From: Eledone cirrhosa
Taxonomy: Eukaryota
Assembly: GCA_964016885.1 (NCBI GenBank)
Contig: OZ024744.1
Location: forward strand, 109,554,001 to 109,618,000
DNA: 64,000 bases
Reading direction: 5' to 3'
Positions 1 to 15,060 of this stretch are shown here, one piece after another (position 1 is the first letter of the stretch; every line of letters begins with the position of its first letter). The notes below the pieces were generated by a model, which was not told the origin of the DNA, did no database searches, and saw nothing but the letters and a program-made list of their open reading frames with translations. Both the position numbers and the translations under genes were made by a program.

Positions 1-3000
1 AATACAGGGAACTAGAGAAATAATATCAGACTGAACCAATACAGGGAACTTGAGAAATAATATCAGACTGAACCAATATAGGGAACTAGAGAAATAATAT
101 CAGACTGAACAATACAGGGAACTAGAGAAATAATATCAGACTGAACCAATACAGGGGACTAGAGACATAATATCAGACTGAACCAATACAGGGAACTTGA
201 GAAATAATATCAGACTGAACCAATACAGGGAACTAGAGAAATAATATCAGACTGAACCAATAGAGGGAACTAGAGAAATAATATCAGACTTAACCAATAC
301 AGGGAACTAGAGAAATAATTTCAGACTGAACCAATAGAGGGGACTAGAGAAATAATATCAGACTGAACCAATAGAGGGAACTAGAGAAATAATATCAGAC
401 TGAACCAATACAGGGAACTAGAGAAATAATATCAGGCTGAACCAATAGAGGGAACTAGAGAAATAATATCAGACTGAACCAATAGAGGGAACTTGAGAAA
501 TAATATCAGACTTAACCAATACAGGGAACTAGAGAAATAATATCAGACTGAACCAATAGAGGGGACTAGAGAAATAATATCAGACTGAACCAATAGAGGG
601 AACTAGAGAAATAATATCAGACTGAACCAATACAGGGAACTAGAGAAATAATATCAGACTGAACCAATAGAGGGAACTTGAGAAATAATATCAGACTGAA
701 CCAATACAGGGAACTAGAGAAATAATATCAGACTGAACCAATACAGGGAACTAGAGAAATAATATCAGACTGAACCAATACAGGGAACTAGAGAAATAAT
801 ATCAGACTGAACCAATACAAGGAACTAGAGAAATAATATCAGACTGAACCAATAGAGGGAACTAGAGAAATAATATCAGACTAAACCAATAGAGGGAACT
901 AGAGAAATAATATCAGGCTGAACCAATAGAGGGAACTAGAGAAATAATATCAGACTGAACCAATACAGGGAACTAGAGAAATAATATCAGATTGAACCAA
1001 TACAGGGAACTTGAGAAATAATATCAGGCTGAACCAATACAGGGAACTAGAGAAATAATATCAGACTGAACCAATACAGGGAACTAGAGAAATAATATCA
1101 GACTGAACCAATACAGGGAACTAGAGAAATAATATCAGATTGAACCAATAGAGGGAATTAGAGAAATAATATCAGACTGAACCAATAGAGGGAACTAGAG
1201 AAATAATATCAGACTGAACCAATAGAGGGAACTAGAGAAATAATATCAGACTGAACCAATACAGGGAACTAGAGAAATAATATCAGACTGAACCAATACA
1301 GGGAACTAGAGAAATAATATCAGACTGAACCAATACAGGGAACTAGAGAAATAATATCAGACTGAACCAATACAGGGAACTAGAGAAATAATATCAGACT
1401 GAACCAATACAGGGAACTAGAGAAATAATATCAGACTGAACCAATACAGGGAACTAGAGAAATAATATCAGATTGAACCAATAGAGGGAACTAGAGAAAT
1501 AATATCAGACTGAACCAATAGAGGGAACTAGAGAAATAATATCAGACTGAACAAATAGAGGGAACTAGAGAAATAATATCAGACTGAACCAATACAGGGA
1601 ACTAGAGAAATAATATCAGACTGAACCAATAGAGGGAACTAGAGAAATAATATCAGACTGAACCAATACAGAGAACTAGAGAAATAATATCAGACTGAAC
1701 CAATACAGGGAACTTGAGAAATAATATCAGACTGAACCAATAGAGGGAACTAGAGAAATAATATCAGACTGAACCAATACAGGGAACTAGAGAAATAATA
1801 TCAGACTGAACCAATACAGGGAACTTGAGAAATAATATCAGACTGAACCAATATAGGGAACTAGAGAAATAATATCAGACTGAACAATACAGGGAACTAG
1901 AGAAATAATATCAGACTGAACCAATACAGGGGACTAGAGACATAATATCAGACTGAACCAATACAGGGAACTTGAGAAATAATATCAGACTGAACCAATA
2001 CAGTGAACTAGAGAAATAATATCAGACTGAACCAATAGAGGGAACTAGAGAAATAATATCAGACTTAACCAATACAGGGAACTAGAGAAATAATTTCAGA
2101 CTGAACCAATAGAGGGGACTAGAGAAATAATATCAGACTGAACCAATAGAGGGAACTAGAGAAATAATATCAGACTGAACCAATACAGGGAACTAGAGAA
2201 ATAATATCAGACTGAACCAATAGAGGGAACTAGAGAAATAATATCAGACTGAACCAATAGAGGGAACTTGAGAAATAATATCAGACTTAACCAATACAGG
2301 GAACTAGAGAAATAATATCAGACTGAACCAATAGAGGGGACTAGAGAAATAATATCAGACTGAACCAATAGAGGGAACTAGAGAAATAATATCAGACTGA
2401 ACCAATACAGGGAACTAGAGAAATAATATCAGACTGAACCAATAGAGGGAACTTGAGAAATAATATCAGACTGAACCAATACAGGGAACTAGAGAAATAA
2501 TATCAGACTGAATCAATAGAGGGAACTAGAGAAATAATATCAGACTGAACCAATAGAGGGAACTAGAGAAATAATATCAGACTGAACCAATAGAGGGAAC
2601 TTGAGAAATAATATCAGACTGAACCAATACAGGGAACTAGAGAAATAATATCAGACTGAACCAATACAGGGAACTAGAGAAATAATATCAGACTGAACCA
2701 ATACAGGGAACTAGAGAAATAATATCAGACTGAACCAATACAGGGAACTAGAGAAATAATATCAGACTGAACCAATAGAGGGAACTAGAGAAATAATATC
2801 AGACTGAACCAATACAGGGAACTAGAGAAATAATATCAGACTGAACCAATACAGGGAACTAGAGAAATAATATCAGACTGAACCAATACAGGGAACTAGA
2901 GAAATAATATCAGACTGAACCAATACAAGGAACTAGAGAAATAATATCAGACTGAACCAATAGAGGGAACTAGAGAAATAATATCAGACTGAACCAATAG

Positions 3001-6000
3001 AGGGAACTAGAGAAATAATATCAGACTGAACCAATAGAGGGAACTAGAGAAATAATATCAGACTGAACCAATACAGGGAACTAGAGAAATAATATCAGAC
3101 TGAACAAATACAGGGAACTAGAGAAATAATATCAGACTGAACCAATACAGGGAACTAGAGAAATAATATCAGATTGAACCAATACAGGGAACTTGAGAAA
3201 TAATATTAGACTGAACCAATACAGGGAACTAGAGAAATAATATCAGACTGAACCAATACAGGGAACTAGAGAAATAATATCAGACTGAACCAATACAGGG
3301 AACTTGAGAAATAATATCAGACTGAACCAATATAGGGAACTAGAGAAATAATATCAGACTGAACAATACAGGGAACTAGAGAAATAATATCAGACTGAAC
3401 CAATACAGGGGACTAGAGACATAATATCAGACTGAACCAATACAGGGAACTTGAGAAATAATATCAGACTGAACCAATACAGGGAACTTGAGAAATAATA
3501 TCAGACTGAACCAATAGAGGGAACTAGAGAAATAATATCAGACTGAACCAATACAGGGGACTAGAGACATAATATCAGACTGAACCAATACAGGGAACTA
3601 GAGAAATAATATCAGACTTAACCAATACAGGGAACTAGAGAAATAATTTCAGACTGAACCAATACAGGGAACTAGAGAAATAATATCAGACTGAACCAAT
3701 ACAGGGAACTAGAGAAATAATATCAGACTGAACCAATACAGGGAACTAGAGATAGAATATCAGACTTAACCAATACAGGGAACTAGAGAAATAATATCAG
3801 ACTGAACCAATACAGGGAACTAGAGAAATAATATCAGACTGAACCAATACAAGGAACTTGAGAAATAATATCAGACTTAACCAATACAGGGAACTAGAGA
3901 AATAATATTAGACTGAACCAATAGAGGGGACTAGAGAAATAATATCAGACTGAACCAATAGAGGGAACTAGAGAAATAATATCAGACTGAACCAATACAG
4001 GGAACTAGAGAAATAATATCAGACTGAACCAATAGAGGGAACTTGAGAAATAATATCAGACTGAACCAATACAGGGAACTAGAGAAATAATATCAGACTG
4101 AATCAATAGAGGGAACTAGAGAAATAATATCAGACTGAACCAATAGAGGGAACTAGAGAAATAATATCAGACTGAACCAATACAGGGAACTTGAGAAATA
4201 ATATCAGACTGAACCAATACAGGGAACTTGAGAAATAATATCAGACTGAACCAATAGAGGGAACTAGAGAAATAATATCAGACTGAACCAATACAGGGGA
4301 CTAGAGACATAATATCAGACTGAACCAATACAGGGAACTAGAGAAATAATATCAGACTTAACCAATACAGGGAACTAGAGAAATAATATCAGACTGAACC
4401 AATAGAGGGAACTTGAGAAATAATATCAGACTGAACCAATACAGGGAACTAGAGAAATAATATCAGACTGAATCAATAGAGGGAACTAGAGAAATAATAT
4501 CAGACTGAACCAATACAGGGGACTAGAGACATAATATCAGACTGAACCAATACAGGGAACTTGAGAAATAATATCAGACTGAACCAATACAGGGAACTTG
4601 AGAAATAATATCAGACTGAACCAATAGAGGGAACTAGAGAAATAATATCAGACTGAACCAATACAGGGGACTAGAGACATAATATCAGACTGAACCAATA
4701 CAGGGAACTAGAGAAATAATATCAGACTTAACCAATACAGGGAACTAGAGAAATAATTTCAGACTGAACCAATACAGGGAACTAGAGAAATAATATCAGA
4801 CTGAACCAATACAGGGAACTAGAGAAATAATATCAGACTGAACCAATACAGGGAACTAGAGATAGAATATCAGACTGAACCAATAGAGGGGACTAGAGAA
4901 ATAATATCAGACTGAACCAATAGAGGGAACTAGGGAAATAATATCAGACTGAACCAATACAGGGAACTAGAGAAATAATATCAGACTGAACCAATAGAGG
5001 GAACTTGAGAAATAATATCAGACTGAACCAATACAGGGAACTAGAGAAATAATATCAGACTGAATCAATAGAGGGAACTAGAGAAATAATATCAGACTGA
5101 ACCAATAGAGGGAACTAGAGAAATAATATCAGACTGAACCAATAGAGGGAACTTGAGAAATAATATCAGACTGAACCAATACAGGGAACTAGCGAAATAA
5201 TATCAGACTGAACCAATAGAGGGAACTAGAGAAATAATATCAGACTGAACCAATAGAGGGAACTTGAGATATAATATCAGACTGAACCAATACAGGGAAC
5301 TAGAGAAATAATATCAGACTGAACCAATAGAGGGAACTAGAGAAATAATATCAGACTGAACCAATAGAGGGAACTAGAGAAATAATATCAGACTGAACCA
5401 ATACAGGGAACTAGAGAAATAATATCAGACTGAACCAATACAAGGAACTAGAGAAATAATATCAGACTGAACCGATAGAGGGAACTAGAGAAATAATATC
5501 AGACTGAACCAATAGAGGGAACTAGAGAAATAATATCAGACTGAGCCAATACAGGAAACTAGAGAAATATTATCAGACTGAACCAATACAGGGAACTAGA
5601 GAAATAATATCAGACTGAACAAATACAGGGAACTAGAGAAATAATATCAGACTGAACCAATACAGGGAACTAGAGAAATAATATCAGATTGAACCAATAC
5701 AGGGAACTTGAGAAATAATATTAGACTGAACCAATACAGGGAACTAGAGAAATAATATCAGACTGAACCAATACAGGGAACTAGAGAAATAATATCAGAC
5801 TGAACCAATACAGGGAACTTGAGAAATAATATCAGACTGAACCAATATAGGGAACTAGAGAAATAATATCAGACTGAACAATACAGGGAACTAGAGAAAT
5901 AATATCAGACTGAACCAATACAGGGGACTAGAGACATAATATCAGACTGAACCAATAGAGGGGACTAGAGAAATAATATCAGACTGAACCAATAGAGGGA

Positions 6001-6900
6001 ACTAGGGAAATAATATCAGACTGAACCAATACAGGGAACTAGAGAAATAATATCAGACTGAACCAATAGAGGGAACTTGAGAAATAATATCAGACTGAAC
6101 CAATACAGGGAACTAGAGAAATAATATCAGACTGAATCAATAGAGGGAACTAGAGAAATAATATCAGACTGAACCAATAGAGGGAACTAGAGAAATAATA
6201 TCAGACTGAACCAATAGAGGGAACTTGAGAAATAATATCAGACTGAACCAATACAGGGAACTAGCGAAATAATATCAGACTGAACCAATAGAGGGAACTA
6301 GAGAAATAATATCAGACTGAACCAATAGAGGGAACTTGAGATATAATATCAGACTGAACCAATACAGGGAACTAGAGAAATAATATCAGACTGAACCAAT
6401 AGAGGGAACTAGAGAAATAATATCAGACTGAACCAATAGAGGGAACTAGAGAAATAATATCAGACTGAACCAATACAGGGAACTAGAGAAATAATATCAG
6501 ACTGAACCAATACAAGGAACTAGAGAAATAATATCAGACTGAACCGATAGAGGGAACTAGAGAAATAATATCAGACTGAACCAATAGAGGGAACTAGAGA
6601 AATAATATCAGACTGAGCCAATACAGGAAACTAGAGAAATATTATCAGACTGAACCAATACAAGGAACTAGAGAAATAATATCAGACTGAACCAATACAG
6701 GGAACTAGAGAAATAATATCAGACTAAACCAATAGAGGGAACTAGAGAAATAATATCAGACTGAACCAATAGAGGGAACTAGAGAAATAATATCAGACTG
6801 AACCAATACAGGGAACTAGAGAAATAATATCAGACTGAACAAATACAGGGAACTAGAGAAATAATATCAGACTGAACCAATACAGGGAACTAGAGAAATA
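1..6900 (+). repeat. Left sub-domain with its own variant set (36-bp units, GGGGACTAGAGACAT, frequent GACTTAACC)
   Basis: Monomers lacking one C (CTGAACAATAC) end at 110, 1885, 3364 and 5879, at offsets of 48, 40 and 68 monomers minus 1 bp. Each begins AATATAG and has a GGGGACTAGAGACAT monomer two units later. The 36-bp and GAGACAT variants were not seen after ~6 kb. Confidence 0.85.
4880..6660 (+). repeat. Duplicated ~0.7-kb block, offset 1072 bp (29 monomers - 1): ~4880-5590 vs ~5950-6660
   Basis: Same ordered rare variants in both copies: TAGGGAAAT, GAATCAAT, TAGCGAAAT (5191/6263), GAGATATAAT, ACCGATAG, GAGCCAATACAGGAAA, AAATATTATC. Confidence 0.9.
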
Positions 6901-9543
6901 ATATCAGATTGAACCAATACAGGGAACTAGAGAAATAATATCAGACTGAACCAATACAGGGGACTAGAGAAATAATATCAGACTGAACCAATACAAGGAA
7001 CTAGAACAATAATATCAAACTGAACCAATACAGGGAACTAGAGAAATAATATCAGACTGAACCAATACAGGGAACTAGAGAAATAATATCAGACTGAACC
7101 AATAGAGGGAACTAGAGAAATAATATCAGACTGAACCAATACAGGGGACTAGAGAAATAATATCAGACTGAACCAATATAGGGAACTAGAGAAATAATAT
7201 CAGACTGAACCAATAGAGGGAACTTGAGAAATAATAACAGACTGAACCAATAGAGGGAACTTGAGAAATAATATCAGACTGAACCAATACAGGGGACTAG
7301 AGAAATAATATCAGACTGAACCAATAGAGGGAACTAGAGAAATAATATCAGACTGAACAAATACAGGGAACTAGAGAAATAATATCAGACTGAACCAATA
7401 CAGGGAACTAGAGAAATAATATCAGACTGAACCAATACAGGGAACTAGAGAAATAATATCAGACTGAACCAATACAGGGAACTAGAGAAATAATATCAGA
7501 CTGAACCAATAGAGGGAACTAGAGAAATAATATCAGACTGAACCAATACAAGGAACTAGAGAAATAATATCAGACTGAACCAATACAGGGAACTAGAGAA
7601 ATAATATCAGACTGAACCAATACAGGGAACTAGAGAAATATTATCAGACTGAACCAATACAGGAGACTAGAGAAATAATATCAGACTGAACAAATACCTG
7701 GGAACTAGAGAAATAATATCAGACTGAACCAATAGAGGGAACTTGAGAAATAATATCAGAATGAACCAATAGAGGGAACTAGAGAAATAATATCAGACTG
7801 AACCAATAGAGGGAACTAGAGAAATAATATCAGACTGAACCAATACAGGGAACTTGAGAAATAATATCAGACTGAACCAATAGAGGGAACTAGAGAAATA
7901 ATATCAGACTGAACCAATAGAGGGAACTTGAGAAATAATATCAGACTGAACCAATAGAGGGAACTTGAGAAATAATATCAGACTGAACCAATACAGGGGA
8001 CTAGAGAAATAATATCAGACTGAACCAATAGAGGGAACTAGAGAAATAATATCAGACTGAACCAATACAGGGAACTAGAGAAATAATATCAGACTGAACC
8101 AATACAGAGAACTAGAGAAATAATATCAGACTGAACCAATAGAGGGAACTAGAGAAATAATATCAGACTGAACCAATACAGGGAACTTGAGAAATAATAT
8201 CAGACTGAACAAATACAGGGAACTAGAGAAATAATATCAGACTGAACCAATACAGGGAACTTGAGAAATAATATCAGACTGAACCAATAGAGGGAACTAG
8301 AGAAATAATATCAGACTGAACCAATACAGGGAACTTGAAAAATAATATCAGACTGAACCAATAGAGGGAACTAGAGAAATAATATCAGACTGAACAAATA
8401 GAGGGAACTAGAGAAATAATATCAGACTGAACCAATACAGGGAACTAGAGAAATAATATCAGACTGAACCAATACAGGGAACTAGAGAAATAATATCAGA
8501 CTGAACCAATACAGGGAACTAGAGAAATAATATCAGACTGAACCAACAGAGGGAACTAGAGAAATAATATCAGACTGAACCAATACAGGGAACTTGAGAA
8601 ATAATATCAGACTGAACCAATAGAGGGAACTAGAGAAATAATATCAGACTGAACCAATACAGGGAACTTGAGAAATAATATCAGACTGAACCAATACAGG
8701 GGACTAGAGAAATAATATCAGACTGAACCAATACAAGGAACTAGAACAATAATATCAGGCTGAACCAATACAGGGAATTAGAGAAATAATATCAGACTGG
8801 ACCAATACAAGGAACTAGAGAAATAATATCAGACTGAACCAATAGAGGGAACTAGAGAAATAATATCGGACTGAACCAATAGAGGGAACTAGAGAAATAA
8901 TATCAGACTGAACCAATAGAGGGAACTAGAGAAATAATATCAGACTGAACCAATAGAGGGAACTAGAGAAATAATATCAGACTGAACCAATAGAGGGAAC
9001 TAGAGAAATAATATCAGACTGAACCAATAGATGGAACTAGAGAAATAATATCAGACTGAACCAATAAAGGGAACTAGAGAAATAATATCACACTGAACCA
9101 ATACAGGGAACTAGAGAAATAATATCAGACTGAACCAATAGAGGGAACTAGAGAAATAATATCAGACTGAACCAATACAGGGAACTAGAGAAATAATATC
9201 AGACTGAACCAATACAGGGAACTAGAGAAATAATATCAGACTGAACCAATAGAGGGAACTAGAGAAATAATATCAGACTGAACCAATACAAGGAACTAGA
9301 GAAATAATATCAGACTGAACCAATAGAGGGAACTAGAGAAATAATATCAGACTGAACCAATATAGGGAACTAGAGAAATAATATCAGACTGAACCAATAC
9401 AGGGAACTAGAGAAATAATATCAGACTGAACCAATACAGGGAACTAGAGATAGAATATCAGACTGAACCAATAGAGGGAACTAGAGAAATAATATCAGAC
9501 TGAACCAATACAGGGAACTAGAGAAATAATATCAGACTGAACC

Positions 9544-12500
9544 AATACAGGGAACTAGAGATAGAATATCAGACTGAACCAAGAGAGGGAACTAGAGAAA
9601 TAATATCAGACTGAACCAATAGAGGGAACTAGAGAAATAATATCAGACTGAACCAATAGAGGGAACTAGAGAAATAATATCAGACTGAACCAATAGAGGG
9701 AACTAGAGAAATAATATCAGACTGAACTAATACAGGGAACTAGAGAAATAATATCAGACTGAACCAATACAGGGAACTAGAGAAATAATATCAGACTGAA
9801 CCAATACAGGGAACTAGAGAAATAATATCAGACTGAACCAATACAGGGAACTAGAGAAATAATATCAGACTGAACAAATAGAGGGAACTAGAGAAATAAT
9901 ATCAGACTGAACCAATAAAAGGAACTAGAGAAATAATATCAGACTGAACCAATACAGGGAACTAGAGAAATAATATCAGACTGAACAAATAGAGGGAACT
10001 AGAGAAATAATATCAGACTGAACCAATACAGGGAACTAGAGAAATAATATCAGACTGAACCAATACAGGGAACTAGAGAAATAATATCAGACTGAACCAA
10101 TATAGGGAACTAGAGAAATAATATCAGACTGAACCAATACAGGGAACTAGAGAAATAATATCAGACTGAACCAATACAAGGAACTAGAGAAATAATATCA
10201 GTCTGAACCAATACAGGGAACTAGAGAAATAATATCAGACTGAACCAATACAGGGAACTAGAGAAATAATATCAGACTGAACCAATAGAGGGAACTAGAG
10301 AAATAATATCAGACTGAACCAATATAGGGAACTAGAGAAATAATATTAGACTGAACCAATAGAGGGAACTAGAGAAATAATATCAGACTGAACCAATAGA
10401 GGGAACCAGAGAAATAATATCAGACTGAACCAATAGAGGGAACTAGAGAAATAATATCAGACTGAACCAATAGAGGGAACTAGAGAAATAATATCAGACT
10501 GAACCAATATAGGGAACTAGAGAAATAATATTAGACTGAACCAATACAAGGAACTAGAGAAATAATATCAGACTGAACCAATAGAGGGAACTAGAGAAAT
10601 AATATCAGACTGAACCAATAGAGGGAACTAGAGAAATAATATCAGACTGAACCAATACAGGGAACTAGAGAAATAATATCACACTGAACCAATACAGGGA
10701 ACTTGAGAAATAATATCAGACTGAACCAATACTGGGAACTAGAGAAATAATATCAGACTGAACCAATACAGGGAACTAGAGAAATAATATCAGACTGAAC
10801 CAATACAGGGAACTAGAGAAATAATATCAGACTGAACCAATAGAGGGAACTAGAGAAATAATATCAGACTGAACCAATACAGGGAACTAGAGAAATAATA
10901 TCACACTGAACCAATACAGGGAACTTGAGAAATAATATCAGACTGAACCAATACAGGGAACTAGAGAAATAATATCAGACTGAACCAATACAGGGAACTA
11001 GAGAAATAATATCAGACTGAACCAATACAGGGAACTAGAGAAATAATATCAGACTGAACCAATACAGGGAACTAGAGTAATAATATCAGACTGAACCAAT
11101 ACAGGGAACTAGAGAAATAATATCAGACTAAACCAATAGAGGGAACTAGAGAAATAATATCAGACTGAACCAATAGAGGGGACTAGAGAAATAATATCAG
11201 ACTGAACCAACAGAGGGAACTAGAGAAATAATATCAGACTGAACCGATACAGGGAACTAGAGAAATAATATCAGGCTGAACCAATACAGGGAACTAGAGA
11301 AATAATATCAGACTGAACCAATACAGGGAACTAGAGAAATAATATCAGACTGAACCAATACAGGGAACTAGAGAAATAATATCAGACTGAACCAATAGAG
11401 GGAACTAGAGAAATAATATCAGGCTGAACCAACAGAGGGAACTAGAGAAATAATATCAGACTGAACCAATACAGGGAACTAGAGAAATAATATCAGACTG
11501 AACCAATACAGGGAACTAGAGAAATAATATCAGACTGAACCAATAGAGGGAACTAGAGAAATAATATCAGGCTGAACCAACAGAGGGAACTAGAGAAATA
11601 ATATCAGACTGAACCAATACAGGGAACTAGAGAAATAATATCAGACTGAACCAATAGAGGGAACTAGAGAAATAATATCAGACTGAACCAACAGAGGGAC
11701 CTAGAGAAATAATATCAGACTGAACCAATACAGGGAACTAGAGAAATAATATCAGACTGAACAGATACAGGGAACTAGAGAAATAATATCAGACTGAACC
11801 AATACAGGGAACTAGAGAAATAATATCAGACTGAACCAATACAAGGAACTAGAGAAATAATATCAGACTGAACCAATAGAGGGAACTAGAGAAATAATAT
11901 CAGACTGAACCAATACAGGGAACTAGAGAAATAATATCAGACTGAACCAATACAGGGAACTAGAGAAATAATATCAGACTGAACCAATACAGGGAACTAG
12001 AGAAATAATATCAGACTGAACCAATACAGGGAACTTGAGAAATAATATCAGACTGAACCAACAGAGGGAACTAGAGAAATAATATCAGACTGAACCAATA
12101 CAGGGAACTAGAGAAATAATATCAGACTGAACCAATACAGGGAACTAGAGATAGAATATCAGACTGAACCAATAGAGGGAACTAGAGAAATAATATCAGA
12201 CTGAACCAATAGAGGGAACTAGAGAAATAATATCAGACTGAACCAATACAGGGAACTAGAGAAATAATATCAGACTGAACCAATACAAGGAACTAGAGAA
12301 ATAATATCAGACTGAACCAATACAGGGAACTAGAGAAATAATATCAGACTGAACAAATACAGGGAACTAGAGAAATAATATCAGACTGAACCAATACAGG
12401 GAACTAGAGAAATAATATCAGACTGAACCAATACAGGGAACTAGAGATAGAATATCAGACTGAACCAATAGAGGGAACTAGAGAAATAATATCAGACTGA

Positions 12501-15060
12501 ACCAATAGAGGGAACTAGAGAAATAATATCAGACTGAACCAATAGAGGGAACTAGAGAAATAATATCAGACTGAACCAATACAGGGAACTAGAGAAATAA
12601 TATCAGACTGAACCAATAAAGGGAACTAGAGAAATAATATCAGACTGAACCAATACAGGGAACTAGAGAAATAATATCAGACTGAACCAATACAGGGAAC
12701 TAGAGAAATAATATCAGACTGAACCAATACAGGGAACTAGAGAAATAATATCAGACTGAACCAATACAGGGAACTAGAGAAATAATATCAGACTGAACCA
12801 ATACAGGGAACTAGAGAAATAATATCAGACTGAACCAATAGAGGGAACTAGAGAAATAATATCAGACTGAACCAATACAGGGAACTAGAGAAATAATATC
12901 ACACTGAACCAATACAGGGAACTTGAGAAATAATATCAGACTGAACCAATACAGGGAACTAGAGAAATAATATCAGACTGAACCAATAGAGGGGACTAGA
13001 GAAATAATATCAGACTGAACCAATACAGGGAACTAGAGATAGAATATCAGACTGAACCAAGAGAGGGAACTAGAGAAATAATATCAGACTGAACCAATAG
13101 AGGGAACTAGAGAAATAATATCAGACTGAACCAATAGAGGGAACTAGAGAAATAATATCAGACTGAACCAATAGAGGGAACTAGAGAAATAATATCAGAC
13201 TGAACTAATACAGGGAACTAGAGAAATAATATCAGACTGAACCAATACAGGGAACTAGAGAAATAATATCAGACTGAACCAATACAGGGAACTAGAGAAA
13301 TAATATCAGACTGAACCAATACAGGGAACTAGAGAAATAATATCAGACTGAACAAATAGAGGGAACTAGAGAAATAATATCAGACTGAACCAATAAAAGG
13401 AACTAGAGAAATAATATCAGACTGAACCAATACAGGGAACTAGAGAAATAATATCAGACTGAACAAATAGAGGGAACTAGAGAAATAATATCAGACTGAA
13501 CCAATACAGGGAACTAGAGAAATAATATCAGACTGAACCAATACAGGGAACTAGAGAAATAATATCAGACTGAACCAATATAGGGAACTAGAGAAATAAT
13601 ATCAGACTGAACCAATACAGGGAACTAGAGAAATAATATCAGACTGAACCAATACAAGGAACTAGAGAAATAATATCAGTCTGAACCAATACAGGGAACT
13701 AGAGAAATAATATCAGACTGAACCAATACAGGGAACTAGAGAAATAATATCAGACTGAACCAATAGAGGGAACTAGAGAAATAATATCAGACTGAACCAA
13801 TATAGGGAACTAGAGAAATAATATTAGACTGAACCAATAGAGGGAACTAGAGAAATAATATCAGACTGAACCAATAGAGGGAACCAGAGAAATAATATCA
13901 GACTGAACCAATAGAGGGAACTAGAGAAATAATATCAGACTGAACCAATAGAGGGAACTAGAGAAATAATATCAGACTGAACCAATATAGGGAACTAGAG
14001 AAATAATATTAGACTGAACCAATACAAGGAACTAGAGAAATAATATCAGACTGAACCAATAGAGGGAACTAGAGAAATAATATCAGACTGAACCAATAGA
14101 GGGAACTAGAGAAATAATATCAGACTGAACCAATACAGGGAACTAGAGAAATAATATCACACTGAACCAATACAGGGAACTTGAGAAATAATATCAGACT
14201 GAACCAATACTGGGAACTAGAGAAATAATATCAGACTGAACCAATACAGGGAACTAGAGAAATAATATCAGACTGAACCAATACAGGGAACTAGAGAAAT
14301 AATATCAGACTGAACCAATAGAGGGAACTAGAGAAATAATATCAGACTGAACCAATACAGGGAACTAGAGAAATAATATCACACTGAACCAATACAGGGA
14401 ACTTGAGAAATAATATCAGACTGAACCAATACAGGGAACTAGAGAAATAATATCAGACTGAACCAATACAGGGAACTAGAGAAATAATATCAGACTGAAC
14501 CAATACAGGGAACTAGAGAAATAATATCAGACTGAACCAATACAGGGAACTAGAGTAATAATATCAGACTGAACCAATACAGGGAACTAGAGAAATAATA
14601 TCAGACTAAACCAATAGAGGGAACTAGAGAAATAATATCAGACTGAACCAATAGAGGGGACTAGAGAAATAATATCAGACTGAACCAACAGAGGGAACTA
14701 GAGAAATAATATCAGACTGAACCGATACAGGGAACTAGAGAAATAATATCAGGCTGAACCAATACAGGGAACTAGAGAAATAATATCAGACTGAACCAAT
14801 ACAGGGAACTAGAGAAATAATATCAGACTGAACCAATACAGGGAACTAGAGAAATAATATCAGACTGAACCAATAGAGGGAACTAGAGAAATAATATCAG
14901 GCTGAACCAACAGAGGGAACTAGAGAAATAATATCAGACTGAACCAATACAGGGAACTAGAGAAATAATATCAGACTGAACCAATACAGGGAACTAGAGA
15001 AATAATATCAGACTGAACCAATAGAGGGAACTAGAGAAATAATATCAGGCTGAACCAATA
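9544..15060 (+). repeat. 94-monomer (3478-bp) offset duplication: ~9544-11580 vs ~13022-15060, continuing with internal rearrangement to ~16.5 kb
   Basis: AAGAGAGGG at 9581 and 13059, followed in both copies by GAACTAAT, AATAAAAGG, TCAGTCT, GAACCAGAG, TACTGGG, AGAGTAAT, CTAAACC and ACCGATAC in the same order. Confidence 0.9.
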
